NCBI GenBank assembly: GCA_019828565.1
Contig: JAHDYR010000030.1
Coordinates: 1-64,000, forward strand
Direction: 5' to 3'
Origin: Carpediemonas membranifera BICM
Lineage: Eukaryota; Protista; Fornicata
DNA: 64,000 nt
Part shown: piece after piece, positions 61,069 to 64,000 of the stretch
Layout: every line of letters starts with the position of its first letter
How positions within the stretch are numbered: position 1 is the first letter of the stretch
Translations under genes and position numbers: made by a program
The notes under the pieces: generated by a model
What the model saw: the letters and a program-made list of their open reading frames with translations, nothing else
Told to the model about the DNA's origin: nothing
Databases searched by the model: none

Positions 61069-61665
61069 CAATAAACGTCATACGCTTCAGGAGCTGGAAT
61101 TACCGCGGCTGCTGGCACCAGACTTTCCCTCCTGTAGCTCCTCGTTAAGGTTTTTAGATTGTACTCATTTCGATTGCATGACTGAAAAGCCACGCATCGA
61201 TATTTCTTGTCACTACCTCGCCCTGTGGGCATTGGGTAATTTGCGCGCCTGCTGCTTTCCTTGGAAATGAAAGCTGAATCCCATGCTTTCTCTTCGGAGT
61301 CGTTCCCTAAAACCCCGTATCCGTCACAAGCTTGGTAGGCCCCGATCCTACCAACGGTACTTGATAGAGCAGAAGGTCGAGTGGCCCGTCGCCGCTCAAG
61401 GCGTGCGATCCGCTGAATTATTATGATTCACCAAACGCCCGAAGGCGGGAGGCTTAATCTAATAAGTGCCGAGGTTGCCCTCGTTTACAGCACGTATTAG
61501 CATCAGCTTTTCCGATGTTATCCACTTCGGAGTAGGGATGGCCACGGAGATTCCAACTGATTGCCCAGCTGTCCGCAGTTTCGACGTATAGAGTCTCATA
61601 CTTAGTTCACTTGCATGGCTTAATCTTTGAGACAAGCATATGACAACTGGCAGGATCAACCAGAT
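61069..61665 (-). rRNA. 5' ~600 nt of a eukaryotic 18S rRNA gene, interrupted by the non-LTR array
   Basis: Minus strand starts CTGGTTGATCCTGCCAGTTGTCATATGCTTGTCTCAAAGATTAAGCCATGCA and runs to the 530-loop-equivalent motif. Divergent, protist-like sequence. Confidence 0.95.
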
Positions 61666-64000
61666 GACGATCTGTGCCGACACTGTTTGCGAACAGCGAA
61701 TTACGACATGCACGCTGCGAAGGCCTCAAGGCCGTCCATTACGCGTGCTACGAACGTTTTCTAGCGTTTCCATCGCCGGCAAGCCGACCATGTTTCGTGA
61801 AGGTACGTTTCTCAACGTGCTGGAAGCTTCCGACGAACGATGTCCGCCGAAAACCACCCCAAGACGGTTCGCATTGAGCTTTCGCTCGGCGCTTTCCGTC
61901 CTGTTTCTTGCTAATAGCAACGCTACTAGCTAGCAATGCAACCAACCCGCGTTCAGCGCGCCCGTTTGTCGACGGTCGTCTTACGAACCATTCCTTACAG
62001 TCAGTCCGTAACTTTCGCTACGAACCTTTCCATTCGGAAAGTGGGTCTCTCAGAATTCCTTTCGGAACCCTAAGCATGAGAGAGCTTTTCGCTGTTTTTC
62101 ACTTTCGCTACTTCAGTTTACTAACTACCTCTCTCATAGGTACCAACGCGGAATTTTTGAAAACTCCAGTTTGATCGAGTACGCATGCTCACGGGGGAGC
62201 TGGGAGGTGCCCCATTGCCGATTCGGGAGCAATGTTGGGGTGAAAAAGAGGACTGTGATATTGCCGAGGCACAATTTTTAATTTAAGTGCCTTTTCCGGG
62301 CATAGTCAACGCTGGTCAAAAAAGTGACTCGGACCTCCCCCCCGTAGTTTTAGCTAGAAATGATCCTCAGGAACTCTCAGCTACCACTTCCGACTAGAAC
62401 TAGTCGAGTCGTTGCCCCCTCGGAGCGACCTAAAACTGCCATCGAGCTCAGCGGCCGGGGAAGTGCAGCCAGTGATTCGGGATTGAAACAAGCCCCGTCT
62501 AGTACATAACTACGCTTTATGGCAGTGGTAGTTGGTGGGCTGAGGTCCTTGTTGACCAAGGAAGACTGAAAAAATGTCTTTTCTTTGAATAACTCAGGCA
62601 GACCTGGAGCTGGCAACCGCTGTCTCACCCATCCTAGAGTGCTTATATAGCTCTAGTAATGGGTGCAGAGACAGCTCTATCACTTGCTTATTGGGTGAGC
62701 TGAGGTCGCTCAAAGTTGGGATCCGCGAGGTCGACCCCCCAATGAGGCTTCTTAGAACCATGCCAATTGCCGATCACACAACTACTATAGGTATAAGGAT
62801 GCATGGTAGAGTGGCTAGCCTCAGGTTTATTCCTGGCGGCCAGACTGGATGGTGCTTGCCTGTCACTTGACGCGATCAAAGATAATTAAAGAAAGCATCT
62901 GTATTGGGTGGCATGTGTACCATACGTCTTTCTATGTCCTATAGTGTTGTGTTTTGCCATTGGTTTGGCTCCAGCTCGCATCTGCCCGTCGTTGGAGATC
63001 GCTCTTGGCGGGACCAAAATCGACCTTGATCGCGACCGTGTGAACGCTGTAGACATTCTAGATGGCTTAAAGTGCCACCATCGCTCTAACTAAGCTTACT
63101 AACGGGGGTGGTGGTACTAGTTGTGTCAGCGGACACTTTGATTCAGTCAAACTGAAGTCAGCCTGGCGCTTCCAGAAATCGGTCAGTAGAGATGCCAGAC
63201 ACGAGCAAGTGCACAGATAATCCTAATACTGGCTCTAGAGCATGGATTCACTGCGTGTCCCGCGCTCCCACACCTCAAAGGTCTTGACTGGAACACGGAT
63301 TTCGACCATCTCAAAAGTGACCCGCCCAAGTGTCAGTATTCACTCAGTCCACTAACATCCCAGTGTTAGCCCAATCCAAGTCTATTGCCCCACTTTCAGC
63401 CCTCTACGACGTCCCAACTGAATTCCGAAAGTGGCTGTCCGAAGGCTCCGGGCCGCTGAACCGGGTGAAACTGACCATCGAGTTCAGGCCTGGCTCCTGG
63501 GCAAATGTACTCTATATGGCCCTAGATGGCGGCGTTATGGTCTGATCCGAGGTCTGAGGTCTGATGGAGTCAAGTCGAGTCGGTCGAAATTCACTTTTCG
63601 CCTAGAGCCGCTGGAGTGTCAGTGTGCACCCAGCCCACGTCCATCCTAGTTTTAGACGTATCTAAGGCTATTGCCCCACTTACAGTCTCTGGCTGGGTGT
63701 CATCCGAATTCAGTAGTGCCGAACTCGGTGCTCAGCGTCGCCACCGCGATCACGGCTGACACTGAGTTCAAAGCTGTTAGTGGGGCAACCGCACTCTATC
63801 CAGGCCTAGTAGCTGTAGTTACGCCAGTGGGTGCAGGCTGAGGGTGTATTGAGTCAAACTGAGTCGTCATTTTCGACGACTCCAGAAATTAAGGTTTGGA
63901 GTTTAAAAAATAAATATGGGTCAGCCATCCTGTATGAGCTTCTATTCTGATGCGATGGTGTGAGTTTCAGCCCTCTCCGACCTCTACTCGTCATGTTCGA
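61666..64000 (-). other. Probable 5' ETS / rDNA upstream spacer, non-coding
   Basis: Directly upstream of 18S with no convincing ORFs. Boundaries cannot be determined. Confidence 0.5.

Noticed and set aside
62200-64000. Short ORFs and short dispersed repeats (CTATTGCCCCACTT, AGTCAAACTGA) in the proximal spacer
   Set aside because: No recognisable protein or RNA motifs, and the repeats are too short to assign.

Overview
This window is the left end of a eukaryotic (protist-like) chromosome, read on the C-rich strand. It starts with a (CCTTA)n telomere (G-strand TAAGG, about 90-546). Next is about 48.5 kb of head-to-tail, 5'-variable units of an RT-less element (12 units plus a 28-nt stub). All units end in the same structured 3' tail, ...AAATCCGCAATACCTTACCATAACTTA(CA), and point their 5' ends at the telomere, as telomere-elongating retroelements do. 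Subfamily A carries a 421-bp tandem repeat and a tRNA-like Pol III module. Subfamily B carries a ~675-aa ORF with an OTU-like cysteine protease. Two Ty3/Gypsy chromovirus-like LTR elements from different families sit inside these units. Both have very short LTRs (84 and 122 bp), the same 12-bp palindrome in place of a tRNA primer-binding site, and a homologous antisense gene with a predicted intron and a chromo-like domain. Further in are three tandem CRE-like RT+RLE non-LTR retrotransposons, inserted antisense in 18S rDNA and separated by a ~192-bp 18S duplication. The window ends with the remaining 5' ~600 nt of 18S and the upstream spacer. Many single-base indels in homopolymers look like long-read errors.
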